From Psychrobacter sp. HD31 (GTDB taxonomy: Bacteria; Pseudomonadota; Gammaproteobacteria; Pseudomonadales; Moraxellaceae): a stretch of 32,000 nt of DNA. Of the stretch, positions 17,684 to 26,775 are shown in pieces; positions within the stretch are counted from its first letter, which is position 1, and each line of letters starts with the position of its first letter. The notes under the pieces were generated by a model, which was given only the letters and a program-made list of their open reading frames with translations, did no database searches and had not been told where the DNA came from. The translations under genes and the position numbers were made by a program. The stretch lies in contig NZ_CP142525.1 in assembly GCF_051097895.1 (NCBI RefSeq), positions 780,001 to 812,000 on the forward strand, written 5' to 3'.

Positions 17684-18211
17684 ATGGATAACGACATGAA
17701 GGAATTATTTACAAAATATGCTGATTATAATCAACTAATGAACGCCAATATTATTTCAGCTATGGATTCACTTGGTTATGATAGGGTTATAAAAAATCAA
17801 TTCAGTTTTTTTCCCAGTATTTTTGCGACTATGAATCACATCATGGTTGGTGATTTAATCTGGTTAAATCGTTTCTCCAGATTAAAAAATTTTGAAGCTT
17901 TAGGTTTATTGGATGATTTCATCAAACCTACTAAGCTTGACCAATCCATTACAGATAATTTAACGTCTTATCAAGAATATAGAGTAGTATTAGATAAATT
18001 GATTATTGATTTTATTGCTGAATGTGACGAGAAAGACTTTATCAGTGACTTAAACTATACAAATACATCAGGCAAAAAGTTTTCTAAAAACTTTGGTTTA
18101 TTAATTAGTCATTTTTTTAATCATCAAACCCATCATCGTGGGCAAGTATCAACATTACTCAACCAAAACAAAATCAATATAGGGATGACAGATTTTTTAC
18201 AGGTAGTTTAG
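17684..18211 (+). CDS. DinB-family (four-helix-bundle, metal-binding) protein
   Basis: 175 aa. C-terminal HFFNHQTHHRGQVSTLL is the DinB-family HxxxHRGQ motif. Very AT-rich: two 60-nt lines counted by hand gave 27-28% GC. Confidence 0.8.
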   Translation: MDNDMKELFTKYADYNQLMNANIISAMDSLGYDRVIKNQFSFFPSIFATMNHIMVGDLIWLNRFSRLKNFEALGLLDDFIKPTKLDQSITDNLTSYQEYRVVLDKLIIDFIAECDEKDFISDLNYTNTSGKKFSKNFGLLISHFFNHQTHHRGQVSTLLNQNKINIGMTDFLQVV

Positions 18212-18296
18212 GAAGGTATCAAATTTACTTACCAGTTAATAATAAAAATATTATTCAATTGTTATCCGTCATCAAACAAACTAAAGGAATTTTATT

Positions 18297-19526
18297 ATGA
18301 GTCACCAAAACAAACCCAATATACTCGACACCGCTAGCCAAGTCCGCAAGGGCGAAGAACTCGACATTCAAGCCGTTACCACATGGCTAAAATCACAAGG
18401 GCTGAAGCTTGCTGACAATGCAAATGAGACGGCAAAAGTGACCCAATACTCTGGTGGTGCATCTAACTGGACATATCGCCTAGAATATAGCAGTGACCAT
18501 GCCGACCAATGCCACGACTTAATTTTACGCCGCCCGCCCAAAGGCACAAAAGCAAAATCTGCCCACGACATGGTACGAGAATACCAAGTGCAAAACGCCT
18601 TGCAATCTGACTATCCCTATGTCCCCAAAATGGTGGCACTATGCACAGATGAGAGCGTGTTAGGCTGTGATTTTTATGTCATGGAACGCTTAGAAGGCAT
18701 TATCCCCCGTGCTAACTTCCCCAAGTCGCTAGCGTTATCGGCAGAACAAGCTGAGACGCTATGTAAGAATGTATTGGACGCATGGATAGCCCTGCACCAA
18801 ATCGACACCACTGATAATGCCGAATTAAGCAAACTGGGTAAAGGTGAAGGCTATTGCGAGCGTCAAATTATTGGCTGGGACAAACGCTATGCCAAAGCCC
18901 ACACGTCTAACGTACCCACCTTTGCCCTTGTGCGTGACTGGCTAAAAGACAACATCCCTGCCGATAGTAAAACTTGTTTAATCCATAATGACTGGCGACT
19001 CGACAATGTGGTACTCGACCCGAGTGAACCAACCAAAGTCATCGGCGTATTAGACTGGGAGATGGCAACCCTTGGCGACCCACTCATGGACTTAGGCTCT
19101 GCCCTTGCCTACTGGGTACAGGCAGATGATGACCCTGTTACGCAACAGTTTCGCCGTCAGCCAACCAATGTAGACGGCATGATGACACGACAACAAGTGG
19201 TGGATTATTACCTAGAAAAAACAGGGTTGCAGATTGATAATTGGACGTTTTATGAGGTCTATGGTTTGTTCCGTCTTGCTGGTATTGCCCAACAAATCTA
19301 CTATCGCTATTACCACAAACAAACCGATAATCCGATGTTTAAAGACTTTTGGGTAGTCATCCATGTGCTAAATGCCAAATGTTTGGCGTTAATCAGCCAA
19401 CACGAAGGCGCTGAATTTACCGCTACTATTAAGGCAGATTTAGAGCATGCTGGGCTAAATGATGAATTATTGTCTCAACTCCCTGCCCCTGTGCAAGGCT
19501 TGGTTAAAATGATGGTCTACTCATAA
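18297..19526 (+). CDS. APH-fold phosphotransferase, ACAD10/11 N-terminal-domain type (LvaA-like)
   Basis: 409 aa. Motifs QYSGGASNWTYRL, ILRRPPKG, AHDMVREYQVQNAL and FYVMERLEG. Catalytic loop HNDWRLDN. Metal-binding LDWEMATLGDPLMDL. Confidence 0.82.
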   Translation: MSHQNKPNILDTASQVRKGEELDIQAVTTWLKSQGLKLADNANETAKVTQYSGGASNWTYRLEYSSDHADQCHDLILRRPPKGTKAKSAHDMVREYQVQNALQSDYPYVPKMVALCTDESVLGCDFYVMERLEGIIPRANFPKSLALSAEQAETLCKNVLDAWIALHQIDTTDNAELSKLGKGEGYCERQIIGWDKRYAKAHTSNVPTFALVRDWLKDNIPADSKTCLIHNDWRLDNVVLDPSEPTKVIGVLDWEMATLGDPLMDLGSALAYWVQADDDPVTQQFRRQPTNVDGMMTRQQVVDYYLEKTGLQIDNWTFYEVYGLFRLAGIAQQIYYRYYHKQTDNPMFKDFWVVIHVLNAKCLALISQHEGAEFTATIKADLEHAGLNDELLSQLPAPVQGLVKMMVYS

Positions 19527-19585
19527 AAATAGCACTACTCATAAAGCCACAACAGAGTAAAAAGGTTATAAAATAAGGTTGTAAA

Positions 19586-19918
19586 ATGTCGTTATTAGCA
19601 CAATTAGCCAATACACCAAAGCCGCCTTATTATGCCGTTATTTTTACCTCTATCAGAACCGATGGGGATAACGGCTTCGCAACCATTTCAAAAGAAATGG
19701 TGAGACTTGCCACTAGGCAAGCGGGGTTTTTAGGTATGGAATCAGCACGAGAACATCTTGGTATTACCGTTTCTTATTGGCAAGACCTCGCTGCTATTAA
19801 AGCGTGGAAAAATAACATTGAACACTTAAAAGCGCAGAAACTGGGTAAAGAAAAATGGTATGCGCAGTTTAATGTGCGTATCTCTAAAGTAGAAAAGTCT
19901 TACGCTTTTACTCTGTAA
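19586..19918 (+). CDS. ABM-fold (antibiotic biosynthesis monooxygenase-like) protein
   Basis: 110 aa. PYYAVIFTS...GFLGMES...GITVSYWQDLAAIKAWKNNIEHLKAQKLGKEKWY matches the ferredoxin-like ABM-domain family pattern. Confidence 0.7.
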   Translation: MSLLAQLANTPKPPYYAVIFTSIRTDGDNGFATISKEMVRLATRQAGFLGMESAREHLGITVSYWQDLAAIKAWKNNIEHLKAQKLGKEKWYAQFNVRISKVEKSYAFTL

Positions 19919-19977
19919 TTAGGCTTATTATTGAAGATTAAACATTCACCTTTAAATAGTGAATAAGAAGGCAAAAA

Positions 19978-20556
19978 ATGGCTCGACCAAAATCCAAATT
20001 AGAACTCATAGACGCCTCGAACACCAACTTTACTAAGCTGTGGCAAGAAATCGAGGGATTAACTGACATTGAGTTTAATAGTGAATTTGATTTTTCAAAT
20101 AATCCAAAGCTGACCGAAGCGCATTGGAAGCGTGATAAAAATATCCGGGATGTGTTGGTGCATTTATATGAGTGGCATCAACTGCTGATTCGTTGGATAC
20201 ACGCTAACCAAAACAACGATGCTAACAGTGCCAATAATACAAACCCGCCGATAGACTTTTTACCCACGCCCTACACTTGGAAAACGTATGGGCAGATGAA
20301 TCAAGAATTTTGGCAAAAGCACCAAAGCACGGATTATCAAGAATCGGTCAACATGCTGACTACAAGTCATAATGAGGTAATGGCACTCATTGACACCTTT
20401 GATGATGACGTCTTATTTACCAAAAAACACTTTAAATGGACAGGCTCTACAAATTTGGGCAGTTATTGTATTTCTGCCACATCAAGCCATTACGATTGGG
20501 CAATTAAAAAATTACGCAAACACAAAAGAAATTTAAAAGAAGAGAAAAAATCATGA
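19978..20556 (+). CDS. ClbS/DfsB-family (DUF1706) four-helix-bundle protein
   Basis: 192 aa. N-terminal PKSKLELIDASNTNFTKLWQEIEGL parallels ClbS PSSKEELIKAINSNFSLLNKKLESI. The central LVHLYEWHQLL keeps a Tyr near the ClbS catalytic-Tyr position. The C-terminal part (YTWKTYGQMNQEFWQK...KWTGSTNLGSYCISATSSHYDWAIKKLRKH) parallels the ClbS C-terminus. Confidence 0.78.
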   Translation: MARPKSKLELIDASNTNFTKLWQEIEGLTDIEFNSEFDFSNNPKLTEAHWKRDKNIRDVLVHLYEWHQLLIRWIHANQNNDANSANNTNPPIDFLPTPYTWKTYGQMNQEFWQKHQSTDYQESVNMLTTSHNEVMALIDTFDDDVLFTKKHFKWTGSTNLGSYCISATSSHYDWAIKKLRKHKRNLKEEKKS

Positions 20557-21359
20557 AAACCATCTTACTTGCCCGCCACGGTCAAGCATCGTTTGGCTCA
20601 GAAAATTATGACAACTTGTCTGAGCTGGGTATCCAACAAGCCCAATTGTTGGGAGATTATTTTAAAAAACATAACAAAACCGTTGACCAAATATTTACCG
20701 GCACTTTGGTACGTCAGAAAGATACTGCAAGCCATTTTTTAAGTCGCTTTGCCACGCAAGCTCAAGACATCACAAACAGTGAGAAGATGGCTTTACAAAC
20801 CATCGGTCAGTTTGATGAGTTTAACCACCAACAAGTGATGTTAGCGGCATCTGACTATGATAATTTAGAAGATTTTAAACAGAGTCTGCGTCAACAACCC
20901 TCAGCGACGCACAAACAAGAAAGTACGCAAACAAGCAAAAACAAACACCTTGCTGAATTGTTTAAACAAGCGATGATACGTTGGCACTCGGCTGAGCAAC
21001 TCAATAATGATGATGACTATGATGAAAGTTGGCTACAATTTGCTGACCGATGTTATGAAGGATTACAACAAGTCATCGAGCAAACAGCCGATGGACAAAC
21101 GAGCCTTGTGTTTACCTCTGGCGGAGTCATTGCAAGCATTGTTAGTCAATTGCTTAACATGCCAACAGACGCGTTAAAAAGCCAAACTGCTTTTTCGATT
21201 AATCGGCAGCTAATCAACACAGGAGTGACAAGTATCGTGGTGAGTCGTGCAAGTAATATTGGTAAAGACGGATTAAGCTCACTAAAAAACCAATTGATTA
21301 CCCTAAACGCATGCGAGCATTTACAACTGGCAGGTAGCGATTACCTAACTTGGTACTAA
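20553..21359 (+). CDS. histidine phosphatase superfamily (PGAM-like) protein
   Basis: 268 aa. N-terminal ILLARHGQASFG is the RHG motif. The start ATG overlaps the ClbS-like stop (ATGA at 20553-20556). Where the second conserved His motif (SHGG) is expected, the sequence reads FTSGGVIAS. Confidence 0.8.
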   Translation: MKTILLARHGQASFGSENYDNLSELGIQQAQLLGDYFKKHNKTVDQIFTGTLVRQKDTASHFLSRFATQAQDITNSEKMALQTIGQFDEFNHQQVMLAASDYDNLEDFKQSLRQQPSATHKQESTQTSKNKHLAELFKQAMIRWHSAEQLNNDDDYDESWLQFADRCYEGLQQVIEQTADGQTSLVFTSGGVIASIVSQLLNMPTDALKSQTAFSINRQLINTGVTSIVVSRASNIGKDGLSSLKNQLITLNACEHLQLAGSDYLTWY

Positions 21360-21391
21360 ATTTACGACTGAATAAGTAACAGGACAAAAAT

Positions 21392-22264
21392 ATGAACTTC
21401 AAGAATCTAAAAAATTTAACGCTATCGCAAATAACAAAGGGAGCTGAAGACGTCGTCGATAATTTTTTACCAACCCCAAATATGGACGAGCTGATTAAAA
21501 ACCAAGTTGGCAAAGGTAAATCTATCATCATTACAGGGGCAAGTGCTGGTTTAGGCGCAGGCATGGCAGAAAAGTTTGCCAAAATGGGCTATAACCTTGG
21601 CATCTGTGCCAGACGTATCAATCAATTAGAACAACTAAAAACGGATATATTAAGCCACAGCCCCAATGTGCATATTGAAGTCCGTTCATTAGATGTTGCT
21701 GACTATGATGCAGTATTTACAACCTTTGAAGACTTTGCCCAAACTTTTGGACAAATTGACAGAGTGATTGTTAATGCCGGTATTGGCGATGGACGAGGCA
21801 TCGGCAAAGGTCATTTTGAAATAAATCGTAAGACTGCCGAAATCAACTTTATTTCTGCCCTTGCACAATGCGAGGCGGCAATGCAGATTTTCCGTAGGCA
21901 AAATAGTGGGCATTTAGTTGCCATATCCAGTATGTCAGCAATGCGGGGATTGCCAAAGCACTTAACCACTTATGCGGCTACAAAAGCTGGTTTGGCTCAT
22001 TTAGCAGAAGGGATTAGAGCTGACATGCTAAAGTCAAAACTGCCAATTAAAGTCACTAACCTCTACCCTGGTTATATTCGTACCGAGATTAATGCAGGCT
22101 CTAAAAATCTTCCTTTTGCAGTCGATATCGAAACAGGCACGCGTGAAATGGTTGAGGCGATAGAGTCGGATATTTTAGAAGCTTATGTACCAAAAATGCC
22201 GTGGGTAATCATTGCTAAAGCGATGAAAACTGCACCACTTCACATACTTAACAAACTCAGTTAA
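21392..22264 (+). CDS. short-chain dehydrogenase/reductase (SDR)
   Basis: 290 aa. Cofactor motif ITGASAGLGAGMA, VNAGIG, and the catalytic S...YAATKAG (YxxxK). Confidence 0.88.
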   Translation: MNFKNLKNLTLSQITKGAEDVVDNFLPTPNMDELIKNQVGKGKSIIITGASAGLGAGMAEKFAKMGYNLGICARRINQLEQLKTDILSHSPNVHIEVRSLDVADYDAVFTTFEDFAQTFGQIDRVIVNAGIGDGRGIGKGHFEINRKTAEINFISALAQCEAAMQIFRRQNSGHLVAISSMSAMRGLPKHLTTYAATKAGLAHLAEGIRADMLKSKLPIKVTNLYPGYIRTEINAGSKNLPFAVDIETGTREMVEAIESDILEAYVPKMPWVIIAKAMKTAPLHILNKLS

Positions 22265-22418
22265 ACTGTACTAAGATTAAAAATCTTACCGTTATATTTT
22301 TGAAATAAAAGGTTTTATATTCGTTGGAGCAATGGAAAAAACTCGCTCCAGATAACTCATGGGATGTATTTATTACCAGATAGTCATATTAGATTCAACC
22401 CAAAAACAAGGAGGTACT

Positions 22419-24113
22419 ATGAACACACAAGCAAACACAAATTTTAGCAAACTTTGGCAAGCAGGTTATCACAAGTTTGGGATTGAAGACTTACAAATTC
22501 CTACCAATATCACCAACCTTATCGACATTTTGCAACCCAGCATAGATAAACATGCCGATAAAGTTGCTTTAAGCATGGGGCCTGCAACCCTTAAATACTC
22601 ACAATTAGACCGTGCTGCTCGTCAGTTTGCCTCATTTTTGCAGGCACAACAAGTGCCTAAAGGCACCCGCATTGCTGTGCAATTACCAAACATTTTGCAA
22701 TATCCAGCCATCCTTTTAGGTTGTTTACATGCTGGCGTTACCTTAGTCAATGTAAATCCACTCTACACCCATTATGAACTCGCTCACCAGCTAGAAGACT
22801 CACAAGCTGAGATGCTAGTCATCTTTGATGCAATGAGAGGTGCTTACGATAACTTAACAGACCAAATTAAATCACAGCTTAACATGGTGGTTGTTTGCTC
22901 TATGGAACAATGTGAAGACTTAGGCAGCGACCTTAGCTTGATGATGTCTCCAACTGAAAACATAAATGGTGAATTAACAGTTAGTGACAATAAAGAGGTT
23001 CGTTTTGCTAGCATCTTATCCAGCTATTCTGCCAGTCAGTTTAAAACTGTAACAACCAGCCTAGATGATGTTGCCGTATTCCAATACACTGGTGGTACCA
23101 CTGGCAAAGCAAAAGGTGCCATGCTTACACATCTTAATCTGGTTGCCAATGTCATCCAAAGTTATTCATTCTTTGGTAAAAATCTTGAAGAAAAAATTGA
23201 TGGACAAGTTAAAGTACTCAACCCATTGCCGCTTTATCATATTTTCTCATTTACAGTTTGCGGCTTGCTAAGTATTTATGGCGGTTGGGAAGATATATTA
23301 ATAACCAACCCACGTGATATGGATGCATTAGTCAACACCATAGAAACCAAACGCCCAACCATGATTCCATCGGTCAATACCCTATTTGCCGGTATGCTAC
23401 AACATCCAAAGTTTGCTACCCTTGACTTTTGTGACTTCCATCTTGCTGTTGGCGGTGGTACTGCAATTATTGCTGATATTGCTCGCAAATGGCACAAGGT
23501 AACAGGCAAGCCTATTAATGAAGGGTACGGTATGAGTGAAACCGCCCCTGTCATCAGCTTTAATCCTATGGGTATCGAGTCATTTACAGGCACTGTTGGC
23601 ATCCCTGTCCCTCATACCGACATACTCATTTTGGATGAAAATGATAACCCTTGCCAAGTTGGTGAAGAAGGCGAAGTGTGTGCAAAAGGTCCACAAGTGA
23701 CTCAAGGCTATTGGGGTAAAGACAACACATCCACATTCACAAAAGATGGCTACTTACGGACAGGTGATATCGGGTTTATTAATGAAGAAGGCTACCTTAC
23801 CTTGGTGGATCGTAAAAAAGATATGATTTTGGTATCTGGTTTTAATGTGTACCCAAATGAGGTAGAAGCTGCATTAACTGAACATCCAAAAGTATTTGAA
23901 GTTGGCGTTGTTGGCATACCAAACGAAAAAAGTGGCGAAGCACCAAAAGCCTATATCGTACCCGCAGACGATAGTTTAACGCTTGACGAATTGACAGAAT
24001 TTGCAAAAGAACGATTAACCGGTTATAAACGACCAAATAGCTATCAATTTATTGATGAGCTGCCAAAATCGGCTGTTGGCAAAATTTTGCGTAAAGAATT
24101 ACGCAAACTGTAA
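22419..24113 (+). CDS. fadD: long-chain fatty-acid--CoA ligase (FadD-like, AMP-binding)
   Basis: 564 aa counted from ATG 22419, which has an AAGGAGG SD 4-5 nt upstream. AMP-binding motif YTGGTTGKAKGA. GYGMSETAP, TGDIG, DRKKDMILVSGFNVYP and a C-terminal GKILRKELR. The N-terminal region parallels E. coli FadD (PNILQYP..VNVNPLYT). Confidence 0.88.
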   Translation: MNTQANTNFSKLWQAGYHKFGIEDLQIPTNITNLIDILQPSIDKHADKVALSMGPATLKYSQLDRAARQFASFLQAQQVPKGTRIAVQLPNILQYPAILLGCLHAGVTLVNVNPLYTHYELAHQLEDSQAEMLVIFDAMRGAYDNLTDQIKSQLNMVVVCSMEQCEDLGSDLSLMMSPTENINGELTVSDNKEVRFASILSSYSASQFKTVTTSLDDVAVFQYTGGTTGKAKGAMLTHLNLVANVIQSYSFFGKNLEEKIDGQVKVLNPLPLYHIFSFTVCGLLSIYGGWEDILITNPRDMDALVNTIETKRPTMIPSVNTLFAGMLQHPKFATLDFCDFHLAVGGGTAIIADIARKWHKVTGKPINEGYGMSETAPVISFNPMGIESFTGTVGIPVPHTDILILDENDNPCQVGEEGEVCAKGPQVTQGYWGKDNTSTFTKDGYLRTGDIGFINEEGYLTLVDRKKDMILVSGFNVYPNEVEAALTEHPKVFEVGVVGIPNEKSGEAPKAYIVPADDSLTLDELTEFAKERLTGYKRPNSYQFIDELPKSAVGKILRKELRKL

Positions 24114-24140
24114 CGTCATACCAGTATATTAGTTAGCTCA

Positions 24141-24177
24141 ATGCAAAATAGACACATTGTTTATTTTGCATTTTTTT
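24141..24177 (+). terminator. rho-independent terminator after fadD-like gene
   Basis: ATGCAAAATA (24141-24150) pairs with TATTTTGCAT (24162-24171), a perfect 10-bp stem with an 11-nt loop. A T run continues to 24177. Confidence 0.75.
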
Positions 24178-24375
24178 AGCAAAACTTTATATCATCATCC
24201 CCTAAACATTGTTTCATTTTTTCTTTAATTGTTCATTTGTTATGATACTTTGCTATACTTTTCATACGTTAATTTTTTAAGCCAAGCCAATGCCTATCAA
24301 ACTAAAACAAGTTTACAGCAAGGCTAAAATAGCTTTTTAAGCTTATACAATAAGAATTTAAAAGGATACCAATCC

Positions 24376-26274
24376 ATGCAATACCGTTCCAAAACTTCCA
24401 CTGGTGGTCGTAATATGGCAGGCGCTCGTGCTTTATGGCGTGCCACAGGCATGACAGACGACGACTTTAACAAACCCATCATTGCTGTGGCAAACTCATT
24501 CACCCAGTTTGTCCCTGGTCATGTACATCTAAAAGACATGGGTCAACTGGTCGCCCGTGAGATTGAAAAAGCAGGTGGCGTTGCAAAAGAGTTCAACACC
24601 ATTGCTGTAGATGATGGTATCGCCATGGGTCATGATGGTATGCTGTATTCACTTCCAAGTCGTGACTTGATTGCCGATAGTGTGGAATACATGGTTAATG
24701 CTCACTGTGCCGATGCCTTGGTATGTATATCGAACTGCGATAAAATCACTCCAGGTATGCTGATGGCATCCATGCGTCTAAACATTCCTGTTATCTTTGT
24801 ATCAGGTGGTCCTATGGAAGCAGGGAAAATCCTTGCTGAAAATTTAGCAGAAGGCTACACCACTTCGGGCAATGTCACCGATGAAAAAGGCAATAAAATT
24901 CGTAAGCTTGACCTAGTCGATGCTATGATTGATGCCGCTGATGACAACATCAGTGATGAGCAGGTAGAGATGACAGAACGCTCAGCTTGCCCAACCTGTG
25001 GCTCTTGTTCAGGTATGTTTACTGCCAACTCAATGAACTGCTTAACCGAAGCCTTGGGGCTATCATTACCCGGTAATGGCTCACTGTTAGCAACCCATGC
25101 CAAACGTCAAGAATTGTTCCTTGAAGCAGGTCGCCGTATTGTGGCATTAGCCAAACAACGCTATGAGCAAGATGACGACAGCATTTTACCGCGTAATATT
25201 GCGACTAAAGGGGCGTTTGAAAATGCCATGAGCCTAGACATTGCCATGGGTGGCTCTACCAACACCATCTTGCACTTACTGGCTGCTGCTAACGAAGCAG
25301 GCGTGGACTTTAAAATGCAAGACATCGACCGTTTAAGCCGAAAAGTACCTTGTTTGTCTAAAGTTGCTCCTGCCACGCAAAAGTACCACATGGAAGACGT
25401 ACACCGTGCAGGTGGGGTGATTGGTATTCTTGCTGAACTTGACCGAGCAGGTTTGATGAATACCGAAGTTGCCACCGTCCATGAGCCAACGCTCAAAGAT
25501 GCCTTGGCAAAATGGGATGTGATGAATCCAAACAACCAGACAGCAAGAGAATTGTTTATCGCAGCACCAGGTGGCGTGCGAACAACTCAAGCTTTTAGCA
25601 CACAAAATGAATGGTCTAATCTCGATGTCAACCGTGAGTCTGGCTGTATCCGTAGCCAACAACACGCCTATTCACAAGATGGCGGACTGGCGGTATTGTT
25701 CGGAAACATTGCAGAACGAGGCTGTGTGGTTAAAACCGCTGGGGTTGATGACAGTATTTTGGTATTTACAGGTCGTGTGCGTGTTTTTGAATCACAAGAT
25801 GATGCGGTTGCGGCTATTTTAGCGGATAAAATCGTCGCTGGTGACTGTGTGATTATCCGCTATGAGGGGCCAAAAGGCGGTCCTGGTATGCAAGAAATGC
25901 TCTACCCGACTTCTTATTTAAAATCAAAAGGTTTGGGTAAGCAATGTGCTTTATTGACTGATGGTCGCTTCTCTGGTGGTACGTCAGGGCTATCCATTGG
26001 TCATGCCAGTCCAGAAGCTGCCGAAGGTGGTGCAATTGGCTTAGTGAAAGAAGGTGATACCATCCATATCGACATCCCTAATCGTACCATCAACATCGAC
26101 ATTAGCGAAGAAGAGATTGCCAAACGTCGCCAAGCGATGGAAGCCAAAGGCAAAGATGCCTTTAAGCCTGTCAACCGTGAGCGTTATGTTAGTCAAGCAT
26201 TGCGTGCTTATGCGGCATTAACCACCAGTGCCGACACCGGTGCGGTGCGTGATGTCAGTCAAGTTGGTTGGTAA
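24376..26274 (+). CDS. ilvD: dihydroxy-acid dehydratase
   Basis: 632 aa. N-terminal [24 protein letters not shown] and the Fe-S ligand region [18 protein letters not shown] are near-identical to E. coli IlvD. Confidence 0.96.
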   Translation: MQYRSKTSTGGRNMAGARALWRATGMTDDDFNKPIIAVANSFTQFVPGHVHLKDMGQLVAREIEKAGGVAKEFNTIAVDDGIAMGHDGMLYSLPSRDLIADSVEYMVNAHCADALVCISNCDKITPGMLMASMRLNIPVIFVSGGPMEAGKILAENLAEGYTTSGNVTDEKGNKIRKLDLVDAMIDAADDNISDEQVEMTERSACPTCGSCSGMFTANSMNCLTEALGLSLPGNGSLLATHAKRQELFLEAGRRIVALAKQRYEQDDDSILPRNIATKGAFENAMSLDIAMGGSTNTILHLLAAANEAGVDFKMQDIDRLSRKVPCLSKVAPATQKYHMEDVHRAGGVIGILAELDRAGLMNTEVATVHEPTLKDALAKWDVMNPNNQTARELFIAAPGGVRTTQAFSTQNEWSNLDVNRESGCIRSQQHAYSQDGGLAVLFGNIAERGCVVKTAGVDDSILVFTGRVRVFESQDDAVAAILADKIVAGDCVIIRYEGPKGGPGMQEMLYPTSYLKSKGLGKQCALLTDGRFSGGTSGLSIGHASPEAAEGGAIGLVKEGDTIHIDIPNRTINIDISEEEIAKRRQAMEAKGKDAFKPVNRERYVSQALRAYAALTTSADTGAVRDVSQVGW

Positions 26275-26326
26275 TAAAAGCTTTATGTATCGTATATAAA
26301 GTGTATCAATTATTTGACCAATCTAA

Positions 26327-26361
26327 ATGATGGTGTCATTATTATGGCATCATTTTTTTTT
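26327..26361 (+). terminator. probable terminator after ilvD
   Basis: ATGATG pairs with CATCAT (6-bp stem, 15-nt loop), followed by a T8 run (26354-26361). The stem is weak. Confidence 0.4.
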
Positions 26362-26386
26362 AACAATAACGACCTAGGAGTTGGCT

Positions 26387-26764
26387 ATGAAAAAACTACT
26401 ATTAATACCAGCCTTTGCAATGGCACTAACAGCTTGTGCTACTGGCAATAATGCTGATCCAAACGCAACCATTAACACTGGTTATAATTTAGGAAAAACA
26501 GCATTTAGAATTGCGGTAAACAATAAATGCCAAACCGAGTTAAACAAAAACAAAATTTGGAACATAGCTAAAAAAGGATTAACAACCACCAAACAAAATC
26601 AAATCCAATCAAATGTTTGTGGTTGTGTTGGTCAAAAAGCAAGTGAAGACGTTACAATCGACCAACTAACCATGGCAGCTATTGATACAAACGCACGCGG
26701 CGTATTAGTTGCTGATATGGTCACCCACTCTTTAAGTGAATGCTATAAAGAATTTGTTAAATAG
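26387..26764 (+). CDS. small lipoprotein, unknown function
   Basis: 125 aa counted from ATG 26387, with AGGAG 6 nt upstream. Signal peptide with lipobox: MKKLLLIPAFAMALTA/C. Confidence 0.75.
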   Translation: MKKLLLIPAFAMALTACATGNNADPNATINTGYNLGKTAFRIAVNNKCQTELNKNKIWNIAKKGLTTTKQNQIQSNVCGCVGQKASEDVTIDQLTMAAIDTNARGVLVADMVTHSLSECYKEFVK

Positions 26765-26775
26765 CAAAATACAAT

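Noticed and set aside
22359-22418. 20-codon extension of the FadD-like ORF.
   Set aside because: A perfect AAGGAGG lies just upstream of the internal ATG at 22419, and the upstream start has no SD.
24141-24179. 12-codon mini-ORF (MQNRHIVYFAFF) upstream of ilvD, considered as an ilv attenuator leader peptide.
   Set aside because: It coincides exactly with the fadD terminator hairpin and has no run of Ile/Leu/Val codons. No alternative terminator/antiterminator structure lies before ilvD.
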